This document shows, in pieces, positions 52,200-62,657 of a stretch of 64,000 bases of DNA; within the stretch, counting starts at the first letter, position 1, and each line of letters begins with the position of its first letter. The DNA lies in the sequence record OQ703618.1; one strand, given 5' to 3'. This DNA is from Escherichia phage GADS24. The notes beneath the pieces are model-generated. The model did not search any database. It was not told the origin of the DNA and saw only the letters and a program-made list of their open reading frames with translations. The position numbers and the translations under genes were made by a program.

Positions 52200-53714
52200 A
52201 TGACTGACATTAAAGTACATTTTTATGATTTTAGTCACGTGCGCATTGAATGCGACGAAAGTACGTTTTACGAACTTCGTGACTTTTTTAGCTTTGAAGC
52301 TGACGGGTATAAATTTAACCCAAAATATCGCTATGGGCAATGGGATGGTAGAATTCGACTTTTAGATTACAATCGTTTGTTACCATATGGGCTTGTAGGA
52401 CAAATAAAAAAGTTCTGTAACAATATGAGTTATTCTGTATGGATTGACCCTAAAATCTTTGAGACCGAAGACCTTACCAGGGAAGATTTTGACGCATGGC
52501 TTTCTAAACAAGAAATTTATTCGGGCAACTCCAAAATCGAACCACATTGGTATCAAAAAGATGCAGTATATGAAGGATTAGTTAATCGTCGTCGAATTTT
52601 AAACCTTCCGACATCAGCAGGTAAATCACTAATCCAAGCACTTTTAGCTCGATATTATCTAGAGAACTATGAAGGTAAAATTCTCATTATCGTCCCTACA
52701 ACAGCATTGACAACCCAGATGGCTAATGATTTTGTTGATTATCGCTTGTTTAGCCATTCGATGATTAAGAAAATTGGCGGCGGTGCTGATAAAGCGGACA
52801 GAGCTAAAAACGACGCTCCAATTATTGTTGGCACATGGCAAACGGTAGTTAAGCAGCCTAAAGAATGGTTCTCTCAGTTCGGTATGATGATGAACGATGA
52901 ATGCCACTTAGCAACAGGCAAAAGTATTTCTTCAATCATCTCTGGATTAAATAATTGCATGTTTAAATTCGGTTTATCTGGCTCATTAAGAGACGGAAAA
53001 GCCAACGTAATGCAGTACGTAGGTATGTTCGGCGAAATCTTCCGTCCTGTTAGCACGTCTAAATTAATGGAAGACGGGCAGGTAACTGAGCTTAAGATTA
53101 ATAGTATTTTCCTTCGTTATCCGGACGAATTCACCGTTAAATTAAAAGGTAAAACATACCAAGAAGAAGTTAAAATTATTACCGGACTAAAACGACGTAC
53201 AAAGTGGATTGCTCAACTTTCAGTCAAATTGGCTAAGAAAGACGAGAACGCCTTTGTAATGTTTAAACACGTTACGCACGGTAAAGAAATATTTGAAGCT
53301 ATTAAAGAGCTTGGATACGAAAAAGTTTATTACGTATCAGGTGAAGTTGATACTGAAACACGTAACGCGCTTAAAGTCATGGCAGAAAATGGCAAAGGCA
53401 TTATTATTGTCGCATCATATGGAGTATTCTCTACTGGTATTTCAGTCAAGAATCTTCATCATGTTATTTTCGCCCATGGTGTTAAATCAAAAATTATCGT
53501 ACTTCAAACCGTAGGTCGCGTGCTTCGTAAGCATGGGTCTAAAGCTGTTGCTACAGTTTGGGATCTCATCGATGACGCAGGTGTAAAACCTAAATCATTA
53601 AATACTAAAAAGAAGTATACTCATCTTAATTACTTGTTAAAACACGGTATTGATCGTATCCAACGTTACGCTGATGAGAAATTTAACTATGTAATGAAAA
53701 CAATTAATTTATAA
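52200..53714 (+). CDS. uvsW: UvsW DNA/RNA helicase
   Basis: SF2 helicase motifs (LPTSAGKS, DECH); 504 aa; close match to T4 UvsW. Confidence 0.92.
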   Translation: MTDIKVHFYDFSHVRIECDESTFYELRDFFSFEADGYKFNPKYRYGQWDGRIRLLDYNRLLPYGLVGQIKKFCNNMSYSVWIDPKIFETEDLTREDFDAWLSKQEIYSGNSKIEPHWYQKDAVYEGLVNRRRILNLPTSAGKSLIQALLARYYLENYEGKILIIVPTTALTTQMANDFVDYRLFSHSMIKKIGGGADKADRAKNDAPIIVGTWQTVVKQPKEWFSQFGMMMNDECHLATGKSISSIISGLNNCMFKFGLSGSLRDGKANVMQYVGMFGEIFRPVSTSKLMEDGQVTELKINSIFLRYPDEFTVKLKGKTYQEEVKIITGLKRRTKWIAQLSVKLAKKDENAFVMFKHVTHGKEIFEAIKELGYEKVYYVSGEVDTETRNALKVMAENGKGIIIVASYGVFSTGISVKNLHHVIFAHGVKSKIIVLQTVGRVLRKHGSKAVATVWDLIDDAGVKPKSLNTKKKYTHLNYLLKHGIDRIQRYADEKFNYVMKTINL

Positions 53715-53727
53715 GGGCTTCGGCCCT
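53714..53727 (+). promoter_or_regulatory. AGGGC-TTCG-GCCCT hairpin after uvsW
   Basis: GC tetraloop hairpin directly before the uvsW.1 RBS. Confidence 0.4.
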
Positions 53728-53739
53728 TAGGAGATAAAA

Positions 53740-53973
53740 ATGGTACTTGAATTTAAACAATTTTTATACGAAGCATCTATTGACGAATTCATGGGTAAAA
53801 TTGCTAGTTGTCATACCTTAGAAGGGCTTGAAGAATTGGAAGCTTATTATAAGAAACGTATAAAAGAAACGGAATTAAAAGATACAGATGATATTTCTGT
53901 CAGGGATGCCTTAGCAGGTAAGCGTGCCGAACTTGAAGGCGACGATGATGAGGATGAGGAAGAAGACTTCTAA
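53740..53973 (+). CDS. uvsW.1: UvsW.1-like small acidic protein
   Basis: 77 aa with acidic tail; position after uvsW. Confidence 0.7.
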   Translation: MVLEFKQFLYEASIDEFMGKIASCHTLEGLEELEAYYKKRIKETELKDTDDISVRDALAGKRAELEGDDDEDEEEDF

Positions 53974-53974
53974 T

Positions 53975-54005
53975 TAAAAAAAGGCCCGACCTTTTTGGAA
54001 GGGCC
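53975..54005 (-). terminator. rho-independent terminator (GGCCC...GGGCC, T-run on minus strand)
   Basis: Hairpin 53983-54005 followed on minus strand by T7; downstream of 54031..54198. Confidence 0.5.
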
Positions 54006-54030
54006 AAAACCATAGGCAAAAAAGGTAACA

Positions 54031-54198
54031 CTATAGTAAAAGTTGGGTTTCGTTCAATTGCTCTTCTGAACTTTCTGAAACCGGCATTTGTTGGACATAA
54101 TTATAACAAGGCCCAGGATGTGCCGGACCTTTGTCTGTTTCAACAACCAATGCAGAATCGATTGGAGTTTTACAGACAACACAAATCTTATCTGACAT
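54031..54198 (-). CDS. small Cys-containing protein (uvsY.-2-like; below ORF-track cutoff)
   Basis: 55-aa ORF MSDKICVVCKTPIDS...; start at ATG 54196-54198, 30 nt from the stop of 54231..54455. Confidence 0.45.
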   Translation of the reverse strand: MSDKICVVCKTPIDSALVVETDKGPAHPGPCYNYVQQMPVSESSEEQLNETQLLL

Positions 54199-54230
54199 GA
54201 TTGCCTCCTAAGTTGAAATTACATATCTAT

Positions 54231-54455
54231 TTATACCACTCGCATGCACATATCGATACCCATATCTTTTGTATAAAAATACTCGTCGATGTATCCAGCA
54301 AACTTCCCTTTAATATAAAGGACGTCTTCGCCACAAGGATGGTCTGCCAGAATACGAATATCCTGGCGACGTAGACGATACTTTTCCATTAAGAATTTAA
54401 TTTCGGTTTCAAATTCTTCATCATTATTAAAGGCATCTTCAATTGAATAACGCAT
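54231..54455 (-). CDS. uvsY.-1-like protein
   Basis: 74 aa, immediately downstream of uvsY. Confidence 0.6.
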   Translation of the reverse strand: MRYSIEDAFNNDEEFETEIKFLMEKYRLRRQDIRILADHPCGEDVLYIKGKFAGYIDEYFYTKDMGIDMCMRVV

Positions 54456-54868
54456 TATTGCCCCGCTTCAAATTCTCGCATATCTTGGATATGTTTAAGT
54501 GCAAAACTACGAGACTTAACTGCGTCAAGTGCACCACTACAGAACTCAAGTAAAATTCCCCAGTATTGTAAAGTAGTCTCTATTTTAAGCACATCTTTAT
54601 CTGCAGCCAGGACAGTTTTCATTTCAGATTTCTCGTATCGGTCCATACTGAATTCATCACCGTCACCTCGTCCCGAGTAGTAGTCTAATCTTGCTTTTAG
54701 AGCAGTTTTCTTCTGAGTCTCTATACGCAACATTTCTTTACGAATAAATGAATGCTTACGTAGCCATTTGCTGTATAACTTAACATTATTCGCCGTCTCA
54801 TATTGCAACTTTGTCGTATCAATAGCTAAGTCTGCGTCTAACTCTTCCTGTAAATCTTCCAGCTTCAT
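54455..54868 (-). CDS. uvsY: recombination mediator UvsY
   Basis: MKLEDLQEEL...TKLQYETANNV...LRIETQKK matches T4 UvsY; start moved to ATG 54866-54868. Confidence 0.85.
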   Translation of the reverse strand: MKLEDLQEELDADLAIDTTKLQYETANNVKLYSKWLRKHSFIRKEMLRIETQKKTALKARLDYYSGRGDGDEFSMDRYEKSEMKTVLAADKDVLKIETTLQYWGILLEFCSGALDAVKSRSFALKHIQDMREFEAGQ

Positions 54869-54948
54869 AATGTTCTCTCTTTTAACTAATAATCTCCCGG
54901 CTGTATCGGAAGGACCTAAAACCATTATACATAGGTTGCCTTGAAGCA

Positions 54949-55347
54949 TTACACTCTATTGCTTGATGCTAACTGAAGTTTGATTTGTTCGATATCATCA
55001 GGGTTATCTACGACCGAAAATCTAATCTCTACTATAACCGTATAGTCATCATATACTGGCGTTACACTTACAGAAAGTTTGTCGATGCGTGGCTCATAGT
55101 TACGGACGGCTGCCTGGATATTACGCTCAATCGTATCGGCTGTAAGTGGTGTCATGTTCTCGAAAAGTTCATCAACCAAATCGCATCCAAATTCAGGGTC
55201 GAAGGGGCGTGAGCCTTTTCTAGTTGTCACTATACCAAGAAGACTATTTTTAATAGAACGAAGTCCTACAGAACGAGCAACGTCCTTGTTCCAATCCATA
55301 CGCATTTCTGGGTCGATATCTGAATAAAGTTTATTGATATTGGACAT
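54949..55347 (-). CDS. 25: baseplate wedge protein gp25
   Basis: 132 aa as T4 gp25. Confidence 0.9.
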   Translation of the reverse strand: MSNINKLYSDIDPEMRMDWNKDVARSVGLRSIKNSLLGIVTTRKGSRPFDPEFGCDLVDELFENMTPLTADTIERNIQAAVRNYEPRIDKLSVSVTPVYDDYTVIVEIRFSVVDNPDDIEQIKLQLASSNRV

Positions 55348-55973
55348 TATAATAACTCAAAGAATTCTTTGAGGCCTCGTATTGTGTGAACGTGTGACGC
55401 CCCACATTTGGGACATTTAATAGGGGTTGCCAGATAAATTGATGGCGATACTAAAAGATTTTTAATATTGATCATGTCATCTTCTGTTATAAGGCCGTAA
55501 AGGTCGTTTATTTCTGCTTCAGTTAAATCTTCAACAGGGATGGACTCTCCATTGACAAAAACTGCCTCAATACATGAAGCAATCATTAATGCGATATTTT
55601 TATCGTCAAATAATTTAGGTTGACGGAACTTAATTTTAATACCACTGAACGAATACCAGGGATCGGCCTGTTCATCTAATTGAGTGTGCAATAAATTCAT
55701 ATAGACTTGAAATGAATGCCCACAGGAACAATTCCAGGTGTGTTCTTGATTCACTTCACCTAATGAATGTGCCCACAGATTTACCAACAATAACTCGGCT
55801 TCTTGTTTAGTCAAGTTTTTAGCGTTAGAGCAATTAGTGATAATATTGTTCACTGCTGATTCAATAGTACCGGTAGCGCGCGCACCTATGAGTCCTAAAT
55901 ATTCTTTTAAAGTAAAGGCTCTACAATTCACTTCTTTATCGCCTAAACGTACGGTAAACGTATATTTGTACAT
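55347..55973 (-). CDS. 26: baseplate hub protein gp26
   Basis: 208 aa; position. Confidence 0.85.
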   Translation of the reverse strand: MYKYTFTVRLGDKEVNCRAFTLKEYLGLIGARATGTIESAVNNIITNCSNAKNLTKQEAELLLVNLWAHSLGEVNQEHTWNCSCGHSFQVYMNLLHTQLDEQADPWYSFSGIKIKFRQPKLFDDKNIALMIASCIEAVFVNGESIPVEDLTEAEINDLYGLITEDDMINIKNLLVSPSIYLATPIKCPKCGASHVHTIRGLKEFFELL

Positions 55974-55991
55974 GTTAACTCCTTTATTGAG

Positions 55992-56003
55992 TATTTATAA
56001 ATA
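55992..56003. promoter_or_regulatory. palindromic divergent late promoters (TATTTATAAATA) for genes 26 and 51
   Basis: Plus-strand TATAAATA 55996-56003 (gene 51) and minus-strand TATAAATA 55992-55999 (gene 26) overlap by 4 nt. Confidence 0.6.
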
Positions 56004-56020
56004 ATAGAAAAGGAGTAATT

Positions 56021-56773
56021 ATGGCTAATATAATTCGTTGTAAATTACCGGATGGTGTTCATCGTTTTAAGCCGTTCACTGTGGCGGATTATAGAGACTT
56101 TTTACTAGTTAGAAATGATATCGAACATCGTTCGCCGCAAGAACAAAAAGAAATAATTGCCGATCTGATTGATGATTATTTTGGCGAGTACCCTAAAACA
56201 TGGCAACCATTTATATTCCTGCAAGTTTTTGCAGGCTCTATAGGCAAAACAAAAGTTCCCGTTATTTTCACTTGCCCTAAATGCTCTAAAGAAAAAACTG
56301 CACCATTTGAGATATATCAAAAAGAATTAGTCGAACCTGAACTTGATGTTGCTGGTATAAAAATACGTTTTTCTTTCCCTGAAAAGTTTTATGACAATAA
56401 AGCATTAATGATAAGTGAAAACATAAAAGAAATATATTATAATGACGAATGGTACCCATGGAATGATTTGACTGAAGAGAACCAAATCCAAGTAATAGAA
56501 GCAATAGACATTGACTCGCTCGAGAAGGTTATTGCTTCTATGAACCCTATTAATTTGACCCTTAGATTAGGTTGTTGTGAACGTCATGTTAAAACATATA
56601 CTGATATCTTAGAGGTTTTTAAATTGTTAGTTAACCCTGATGAGATTTTTACATTCTATCAGATAAACCATTCACTAGTAAAGAGTCAATACACATTGGA
56701 TTCTATTATGCAAATGATTCCTGTTGAACGTGGTATTGCTTTAACATTAGTAGAAAAGGACCATAAAAAATGA
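56021..56773 (+). CDS. 51: baseplate hub assembly protein gp51
   Basis: 250 aa. Confidence 0.85.
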   Translation: MANIIRCKLPDGVHRFKPFTVADYRDFLLVRNDIEHRSPQEQKEIIADLIDDYFGEYPKTWQPFIFLQVFAGSIGKTKVPVIFTCPKCSKEKTAPFEIYQKELVEPELDVAGIKIRFSFPEKFYDNKALMISENIKEIYYNDEWYPWNDLTEENQIQVIEAIDIDSLEKVIASMNPINLTLRLGCCERHVKTYTDILEVFKLLVNPDEIFTFYQINHSLVKSQYTLDSIMQMIPVERGIALTLVEKDHKK

Positions 56774-57942
56774 CAGTATTCCAACGTCCAGGATATCCTA
56801 ACTTAAGCGTTAAATTATACCAAGATTATTCGGCTTGGCAAGAAAATAGATACGTTGAACTCGCAGCAACAATAACAACTTTAACCATGCGAGATTCGTT
56901 ATATGGAAGAAATGAAGGGATTCTTCAATTTTATGACACTAAAAACATTCACACTAAAATGGACGGTAGACAGATAGTCCAAATCTCTGTTTCAAATTCA
57001 AACACACCTCTCCAAGTTAGAACTCGAATTTACGGATGTAGACATTATTCTGTGTCTGTGGACTCAAAAGGTGACAATATTATTGCAATTGAGCTTGGAA
57101 CAATACATTCTATAGAGAACCTTAAATTTGGGCGACCATTCTTCTCAGACGCAGGAGAATCTATACGTGAAATGTTAGGTGTCATATATAAAGACCGTAC
57201 GTTAATTACTCCGCCAATAAACACTATTAACGCTTATGTTCCTGATATTCCTTGGACAAGCACATTTGATGATTATTTGGCATATGTCAGAGAATTAGGA
57301 CTTGCTACAGCGAGTGATAAGTTCGTATTCGTATGGCAAGATATTTTAGGCGTAAACATGATTGACTATGATACTCTTATTGGTCAGGAAGGCATTAAGA
57401 TGATTGTAGGCGAGCCAAATACTGTAGGTCAGTATATTCAAGAGCTTGAGTATCCATTAGTATGGGATTTCACCTGGATGACTAAAGCTAACCAATTTAC
57501 AAGAGACCCTATTAAAAACGCCACGATATTCGCTCATTCATTTTTAGATACATCTATTCCGGTTATTGTTACAGGTGATGGTGATAATGCTATTCTTGTG
57601 TCAAGATCCGGTGGATATTCCGAAATGACCTATCGTAATGGATTTGAAGAAGCAAGTCGTCTTCAGACAATGGCTCAATATGATGGATATGCTAAATGCA
57701 CTACTACAGGTAATTTTAACATAACGCCTGCTACTAAAATTATATTTGTTGACCAAAAGAACCAATTCAAATCCGAATTTTACGTCGATGAAGTTATTCA
57801 TGAGTTATCAAATAACAACTCACAAACTCATCTGTACATGTTTACCAACTCAATGGTGTTAGAACCTGTTAACCCAGTTAAGGTTAAAAATGAACTTAAA
57901 TCTGATTCTACCTCTAAAGAAAATAATTCTACCACAGTCTAA
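56770..57942 (+). CDS. 27: baseplate hub protein gp27
   Basis: 390 aa. Confidence 0.9.
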   Translation: MTVFQRPGYPNLSVKLYQDYSAWQENRYVELAATITTLTMRDSLYGRNEGILQFYDTKNIHTKMDGRQIVQISVSNSNTPLQVRTRIYGCRHYSVSVDSKGDNIIAIELGTIHSIENLKFGRPFFSDAGESIREMLGVIYKDRTLITPPINTINAYVPDIPWTSTFDDYLAYVRELGLATASDKFVFVWQDILGVNMIDYDTLIGQEGIKMIVGEPNTVGQYIQELEYPLVWDFTWMTKANQFTRDPIKNATIFAHSFLDTSIPVIVTGDGDNAILVSRSGGYSEMTYRNGFEEASRLQTMAQYDGYAKCTTTGNFNITPATKIIFVDQKNQFKSEFYVDEVIHELSNNNSQTHLYMFTNSMVLEPVNPVKVKNELKSDSTSKENNSTTV

Positions 57943-58423
57943 TAAAAAGGTAATGATTCCCAAATTAGGGCTCAAACATTATAATCTTTTAAAGGACGTT
58001 AAAGGTCCTGACGAAAACATGAAAATCTTAGCTGATTCTATTTGTAAAAATATGAGTCCTGCAGATTTTGATTTTGCATGTCTACACATATTGGAATTTA
58101 ATAACAAACTTAAGTCTGAAGTTGAAAAAGACGGATTCACTTATAAACTAGATGACGTCTACGTATGCCAACGAACAGAATTCCAATTTCAAGGTAATAC
58201 TTTTTATTTTAGACCACCAGGTAAATTTGAACAATTCGCTACAATTAGTGAAATGCTATCAAATTGCTTAATAAAAGTTAATGACGAAGAGAAAGAAATT
58301 TCTTTCCTTGAGATGCCTGCTTTTGTAATCAAATGGGCAGAAGACCTTTCGACAACTATTGCTATTCCAGGCCCTAATGGCCCTATTAAGGGTATAGCAG
58401 AAATTATTGGATTGCTTGAATGA
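57890..58423 (+). CDS. 28: baseplate hub distal protein gp28
   Basis: 177 aa overlapping the 3' end of gene 27. Confidence 0.85.
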   Translation: MNLNLILPLKKIILPQSNKKVMIPKLGLKHYNLLKDVKGPDENMKILADSICKNMSPADFDFACLHILEFNNKLKSEVEKDGFTYKLDDVYVCQRTEFQFQGNTFYFRPPGKFEQFATISEMLSNCLIKVNDEEKEISFLEMPAFVIKWAEDLSTTIAIPGPNGPIKGIAEIIGLLE

Positions 58424-60192
58424 AACCTGAAGAAATGAAATCCATGCGTAGAAATAAGGTCATTGCCGATAATAAACCACAAAAAGTAGCTGCAACAGCA
58501 GCTACCGATTCATTAGAAGCATTGAATGACATTTCAACAAAACTAGACGATGTCCAAGCCGCGTCTGAACTCACATCACAAAGTGTAGAAGATAAAGGCA
58601 ATGGAATTATTGAATCGATTGGAGACTTAAAGAATTCGACAGATAATACTGCTGAAGGCACAGAGCTTATCGCAGAAGTTATTGAAAAACAAACTGAAGT
58701 CGCTAAAAGTATAAACGAAGTTTCTAGTGCAATAAGCTCTAAGTTAGATCGATTAGCTACATTATTAGAGCAAAAATTACAAACATCTACCGCTATTCAA
58801 AATACAGGAGGCACCTCTCTTGAAGTAATTGAGAACGCAATACCTGTTAAAGTGGTTGAGAATGAAACTTCTGATGAGCTGTTTAAAGCATTACCTACGC
58901 CTGAAAAGATTGATAATAAGCCAGACGAAGATTTCTTCCCGGCCCCGGTTCAAGAAAGTGCTAATTCTACTTCCGATTCTAAAGGCGGAATTAGTTTTAA
59001 ATTGAGCGATAAAATTGCAATGCTCACCAAAACAGTTCAAACCGGGTTTAATAAATCAATATCAATTTCAGACAGAATTGCTGGAATGCTTTTCAAATAC
59101 ACTATAACGGCTGCTATTGAAGCAGCAAAAATGGCCGCACTTATTCTTGGTATTGTTATCGGTATTGATTTATTGATAGTCCATTTCAAATATTGGACAG
59201 ACAAGTTCACTTCTGCCTGGGATTTATTTGATGAAAACTTTACTAAATTCTCCGATGAAGCTAAAGAGTGGGGTAAATTCTTAAGTGATATATTCACTTC
59301 TATTGACTCGATAAAACAATTGTGGGAAGCTGGAGACTGGGGCGGTTTAACAGTTGCTATTGTCAAAGGTGTAGGAACAGCATTAATGAACTTAGGCGAA
59401 CTAATTCAATTAGGAATGGCTAAACTCTCCGCGTCTATATTGCGTGCTATAGGTTTTGGTGATACCGCGGACGAAATAGAAGGACGTGCTTTGGAAGGAT
59501 TCCAAGAAACTACTGGGAACAAATTAAAGAAAGAAGACCAAGAGAAAGTCGCTAAATATCAAATGAAACGTGACGATGGGGAATTAGGAACCGTTTCTAA
59601 AGGTCTTGATATGTTACAACGCGGCAAAACATTCGTTACTAACTGGGTTCGTGGTAATGACAATAAAGAAGAGTTTAGTACAAGCGATGAGCGTGCTGCG
59701 GAATCAGCAAAATTAAAAGAGTTACCTGAAGAGGAGCGTAAAGAGGCGTATATAAAAGCTAATGAAACTCGTGCGGCACTGGTTAGATTTGAGGATTATA
59801 TCGATAAAATCGATATGACTAATCCGGAAAATGCTAAAAACGTCGAGAAGTCTTATGCTGATTTAAGTAAACTTATTAAAGACCCTGAACTTAATAAAAC
59901 TCCTGTTGTTAAAAAGGAATTAGATGCTAGATTTGAAAAGCTAAATAATAAAATGGCTGAAGCCAAAAAGGCTCAGACGACAGTTAAGCCTGAATCTTCG
60001 ACTAAATCTCCGGAAGCAAAACAAGTTCAGTCAATAGAGAAAGGACGTGCTTCTGAATCTAAACAACAGCAACCGGTAGCGGCGATTAGTAACACAAATA
60101 ATGTCGTCAAAAAGAATACCGTAGTCCAGAATATGACCCCTGTAACAAGTACAACGGCTCCTGGAATTTTCCATGCCACCGGTGTTAATTAA
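58420..60192 (+). CDS. 29: baseplate hub / tail-length determinator gp29
   Basis: 590 aa. Confidence 0.9.
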   Translation: MKPEEMKSMRRNKVIADNKPQKVAATAATDSLEALNDISTKLDDVQAASELTSQSVEDKGNGIIESIGDLKNSTDNTAEGTELIAEVIEKQTEVAKSINEVSSAISSKLDRLATLLEQKLQTSTAIQNTGGTSLEVIENAIPVKVVENETSDELFKALPTPEKIDNKPDEDFFPAPVQESANSTSDSKGGISFKLSDKIAMLTKTVQTGFNKSISISDRIAGMLFKYTITAAIEAAKMAALILGIVIGIDLLIVHFKYWTDKFTSAWDLFDENFTKFSDEAKEWGKFLSDIFTSIDSIKQLWEAGDWGGLTVAIVKGVGTALMNLGELIQLGMAKLSASILRAIGFGDTADEIEGRALEGFQETTGNKLKKEDQEKVAKYQMKRDDGELGTVSKGLDMLQRGKTFVTNWVRGNDNKEEFSTSDERAAESAKLKELPEEERKEAYIKANETRAALVRFEDYIDKIDMTNPENAKNVEKSYADLSKLIKDPELNKTPVVKKELDARFEKLNNKMAEAKKAQTTVKPESSTKSPEAKQVQSIEKGRASESKQQQPVAAISNTNNVVKKNTVVQNMTPVTSTTAPGIFHATGVN

Positions 60193-60200
60193 GGATTATT

Positions 60201-61310
60201 ATGATTAGTGTAAAAGAAATAGTAGTAGATGCAAAGGATTTAAATAAAGCAATCCCAGTCTCAGAAAGTGCTGGGCAAAGCACTAAAACCGAAACAACTA
60301 CTAAAACTTATGTTGCTCAATTTCCTACAGGAAGAGCAGCCGGAAATGACTCCACAGGAGACTTCCAGGTAACAGACCTTTATAAGAATGGATTATTATT
60401 TACCGCGTACAATATGTCTGCACGCGATTCAGGATCCCTCAGGAATTTACGTCCAGCATATGCCGGCACTTCATCTAATGGTATCATATCAGATTTAACT
60501 GATAATGTGAAAGATGCAGTGACTAAATTCTCTAATGGGTTGCTTCCTGCTGGAGCTAATAAACCTACTATAAATAAAACTCCTGTTGCTAATATACTTT
60601 TGCCACGTTCCAAATCTGATGTTGATACAACTTCACATCGTTTTAATGATATCGGCGATAGCCTTATTACTAAAGGTGGAGGTACTGCTACGGGTGTTTT
60701 AAGTAACATTGCTTCTACTGCAGTTTTTGGTGCATTAGATTCTATTACTCAAGGGCTTATGGCTGATAATAACGAACAGATTTATACGACTTCTCGTAGT
60801 ATGTATGGCGGTGCTGAGAACCGTACTAAAGTCTTTACATGGGATTTAACTCCGCGTTCAACTGAAGACCTTATGGCTATTATAAACATTTACCAGTATT
60901 TTAACTATTTCTCATATGGTGAGACCGGTAAATCACAGTACGCCCAAGAGATTAAAAGTTATTTAGACGAATGGTACCGTTCAACGTTTATTGAGCCTAT
61001 GACGCCAGACGATGCAGTAAAAAATAAGACATTGTTTGAAAAGATTACTGCGTCATTAACAAATGTATTAGTTGTAAGCAACCCTACAATTTGGATGGTT
61101 AAAAACTTTGGTTATACGTCTAAATTTGATGGATTAACTGATGTATTTGGCCCATGTCAAATTCAAAGCGTACGTTTTGATAAAACTCCAAACGGACAAT
61201 TTAATGGACTCGCTGTTGCTCCTAACTTACCGTCAACATTTACGTTAGAGATAACAATGCGAGAAATTATTACATTAAACCGTTCTTCACTTTATGCGGG
61301 GACTTTCTAA
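60201..61310 (+). CDS. 48: baseplate-tail tube junction protein gp48
   Basis: 369 aa. Confidence 0.9.
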   Translation: MISVKEIVVDAKDLNKAIPVSESAGQSTKTETTTKTYVAQFPTGRAAGNDSTGDFQVTDLYKNGLLFTAYNMSARDSGSLRNLRPAYAGTSSNGIISDLTDNVKDAVTKFSNGLLPAGANKPTINKTPVANILLPRSKSDVDTTSHRFNDIGDSLITKGGGTATGVLSNIASTAVFGALDSITQGLMADNNEQIYTTSRSMYGGAENRTKVFTWDLTPRSTEDLMAIINIYQYFNYFSYGETGKSQYAQEIKSYLDEWYRSTFIEPMTPDDAVKNKTLFEKITASLTNVLVVSNPTIWMVKNFGYTSKFDGLTDVFGPCQIQSVRFDKTPNGQFNGLAVAPNLPSTFTLEITMREIITLNRSSLYAGTF

Positions 61311-62272
61311 TGTACTCTTTAGAAGAATTTAATAACCAAGCTATAAATGCAGATTTCCAACGAAACAATATGTTTAGTTGTGTATTTGCTACTACACCAT
61401 CGACTAAATCATCTTCACTAATTTCGTCAATTGGTAGTTTTGCTTATAATAACTTAGGGTTGAATTCTGATTGGTTAGGATTGACTCAAGGTGATATCAA
61501 TCAGGGCGTAACAACCCTGATTACAGCAGGAACACAGAAATTAATTCGAAAATCAGGTGTAAGTAAATATCTGATTGGAGCAATGAGTCAACGTACGGTA
61601 CAAAGCTTGTTAGGTGAGTTCACAGTAGGAGCTTATCTGATAGACTTCTTCAATATGGCATATAATAATACAGGTTTAATGATTTATTCTGTAAAAATGC
61701 CTGAGAACCGATTATCTTATGAAACAGATTTCAACTATAACTCACCGAACATCCGAATTACCGGTCGTGAAATGGACCCGTTAGTAATAAGCTTTAGAAT
61801 GGATTCTGAGGCATCTAACTTTAGAGCAATGCAAGACTGGGTAAACTCAGTCCAAGACCCTGTAACAGGTCTTCGTGCTTTACCACAAGACGTCGAAGCA
61901 GATATTCAGGTTAATTTACATGCACGAAATGGTTTACCACATACCGCTGTCATGTTCACCGGATGTATTCCTGTTAGTGTCTCTTCTCCTGAGTTAACGT
62001 ATGATGGTGATAATCAGATAACAGTTTTTGATGTAACATTTGCTTATCGCGTTATGCAATCAGGTGCTGTAAATAGACAGGCTGCTTTAGAATGGCTGGA
62101 ATCAGGACTTATTAGTAGTGTTTCAGGAATGTTTGGAAATAATCAGAATGATTCTGGTCTAGGAAGCGCAGTATCAAGACTTTCTAGATTAGGTGGGACT
62201 GCTGGAGGTGTGTCTAATATAAACACATTGACAGGTGTGGTGAATTCTGCGTCAAGAGTTTTAGGACTATAA
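61310..62272 (+). CDS. 54: baseplate-tail tube initiator gp54
   Basis: 320 aa. Confidence 0.9.
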   Translation: MYSLEEFNNQAINADFQRNNMFSCVFATTPSTKSSSLISSIGSFAYNNLGLNSDWLGLTQGDINQGVTTLITAGTQKLIRKSGVSKYLIGAMSQRTVQSLLGEFTVGAYLIDFFNMAYNNTGLMIYSVKMPENRLSYETDFNYNSPNIRITGREMDPLVISFRMDSEASNFRAMQDWVNSVQDPVTGLRALPQDVEADIQVNLHARNGLPHTAVMFTGCIPVSVSSPELTYDGDNQITVFDVTFAYRVMQSGAVNRQAALEWLESGLISSVSGMFGNNQNDSGLGSAVSRLSRLGGTAGGVSNINTLTGVVNSASRVLGL

Positions 62273-62278
62273 GAAAAA

Positions 62279-62310
62279 GGGAGACAACGTCTCCCTTTAG
62301 GGGTTTATTT
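62279..62310 (+). terminator. rho-independent terminator (GGGAGAC-AACG-GTCTCCC + TTTAGGGGTTTATTT)
   Basis: Same 7-bp stem sequence as the gene 23 terminator; T-rich tail. Confidence 0.65.
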
Positions 62311-62598
62311 ACGGAATGAAAGGAATGCCGGTGCTCGGAATGGAGTATCATCTTTAGAGTATTTAACTAATACGACCATTGGTACCTCTGTTTCTAAATG
62401 ACCTGTCACTACACCCATAAAAATTTGATCAGTGTGCTCAGGGTCACGAAAGTTTTTAAGAGGTTCCATAGCAATATGGAATGCACCTGGGAATACTCGA
62501 TTCAATTCGTCAATCACAGCTTCGTTAAAAACATCATCCGCTGGGATAGCATCTTCAACTACTAGTTCTTGACCATTAAAGCGAAGCATAGATTTCAT
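62305..62598 (-). CDS. hypothetical protein (alt-adjacent)
   Basis: ORF track 62305..62670; start moved to ATG 62596-62598 with CATGAGGAAAACGTT RBS. Confidence 0.5.
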   Translation of the reverse strand: MKSMLRFNGQELVVEDAIPADDVFNEAVIDELNRVFPGAFHIAMEPLKNFRDPEHTDQIFMGVVTGHLETEVPMVVLVKYSKDDTPFRAPAFLSFRK

Positions 62599-62657
62599 AA
62601 CGTTTTCCTCATGTTGTTGATGGGATGATAGTATCACACATCCATGTGTTTGTAAAC
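62599..62657 (-). promoter_or_regulatory. PeSL-like early promoter/stem-loop cassette
   Basis: GTTTAC (rc 62652-62657), 18 nt, TACTAT; stem GGATGATAG (62623-62631)/ATCACACATCC region. Confidence 0.45.
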
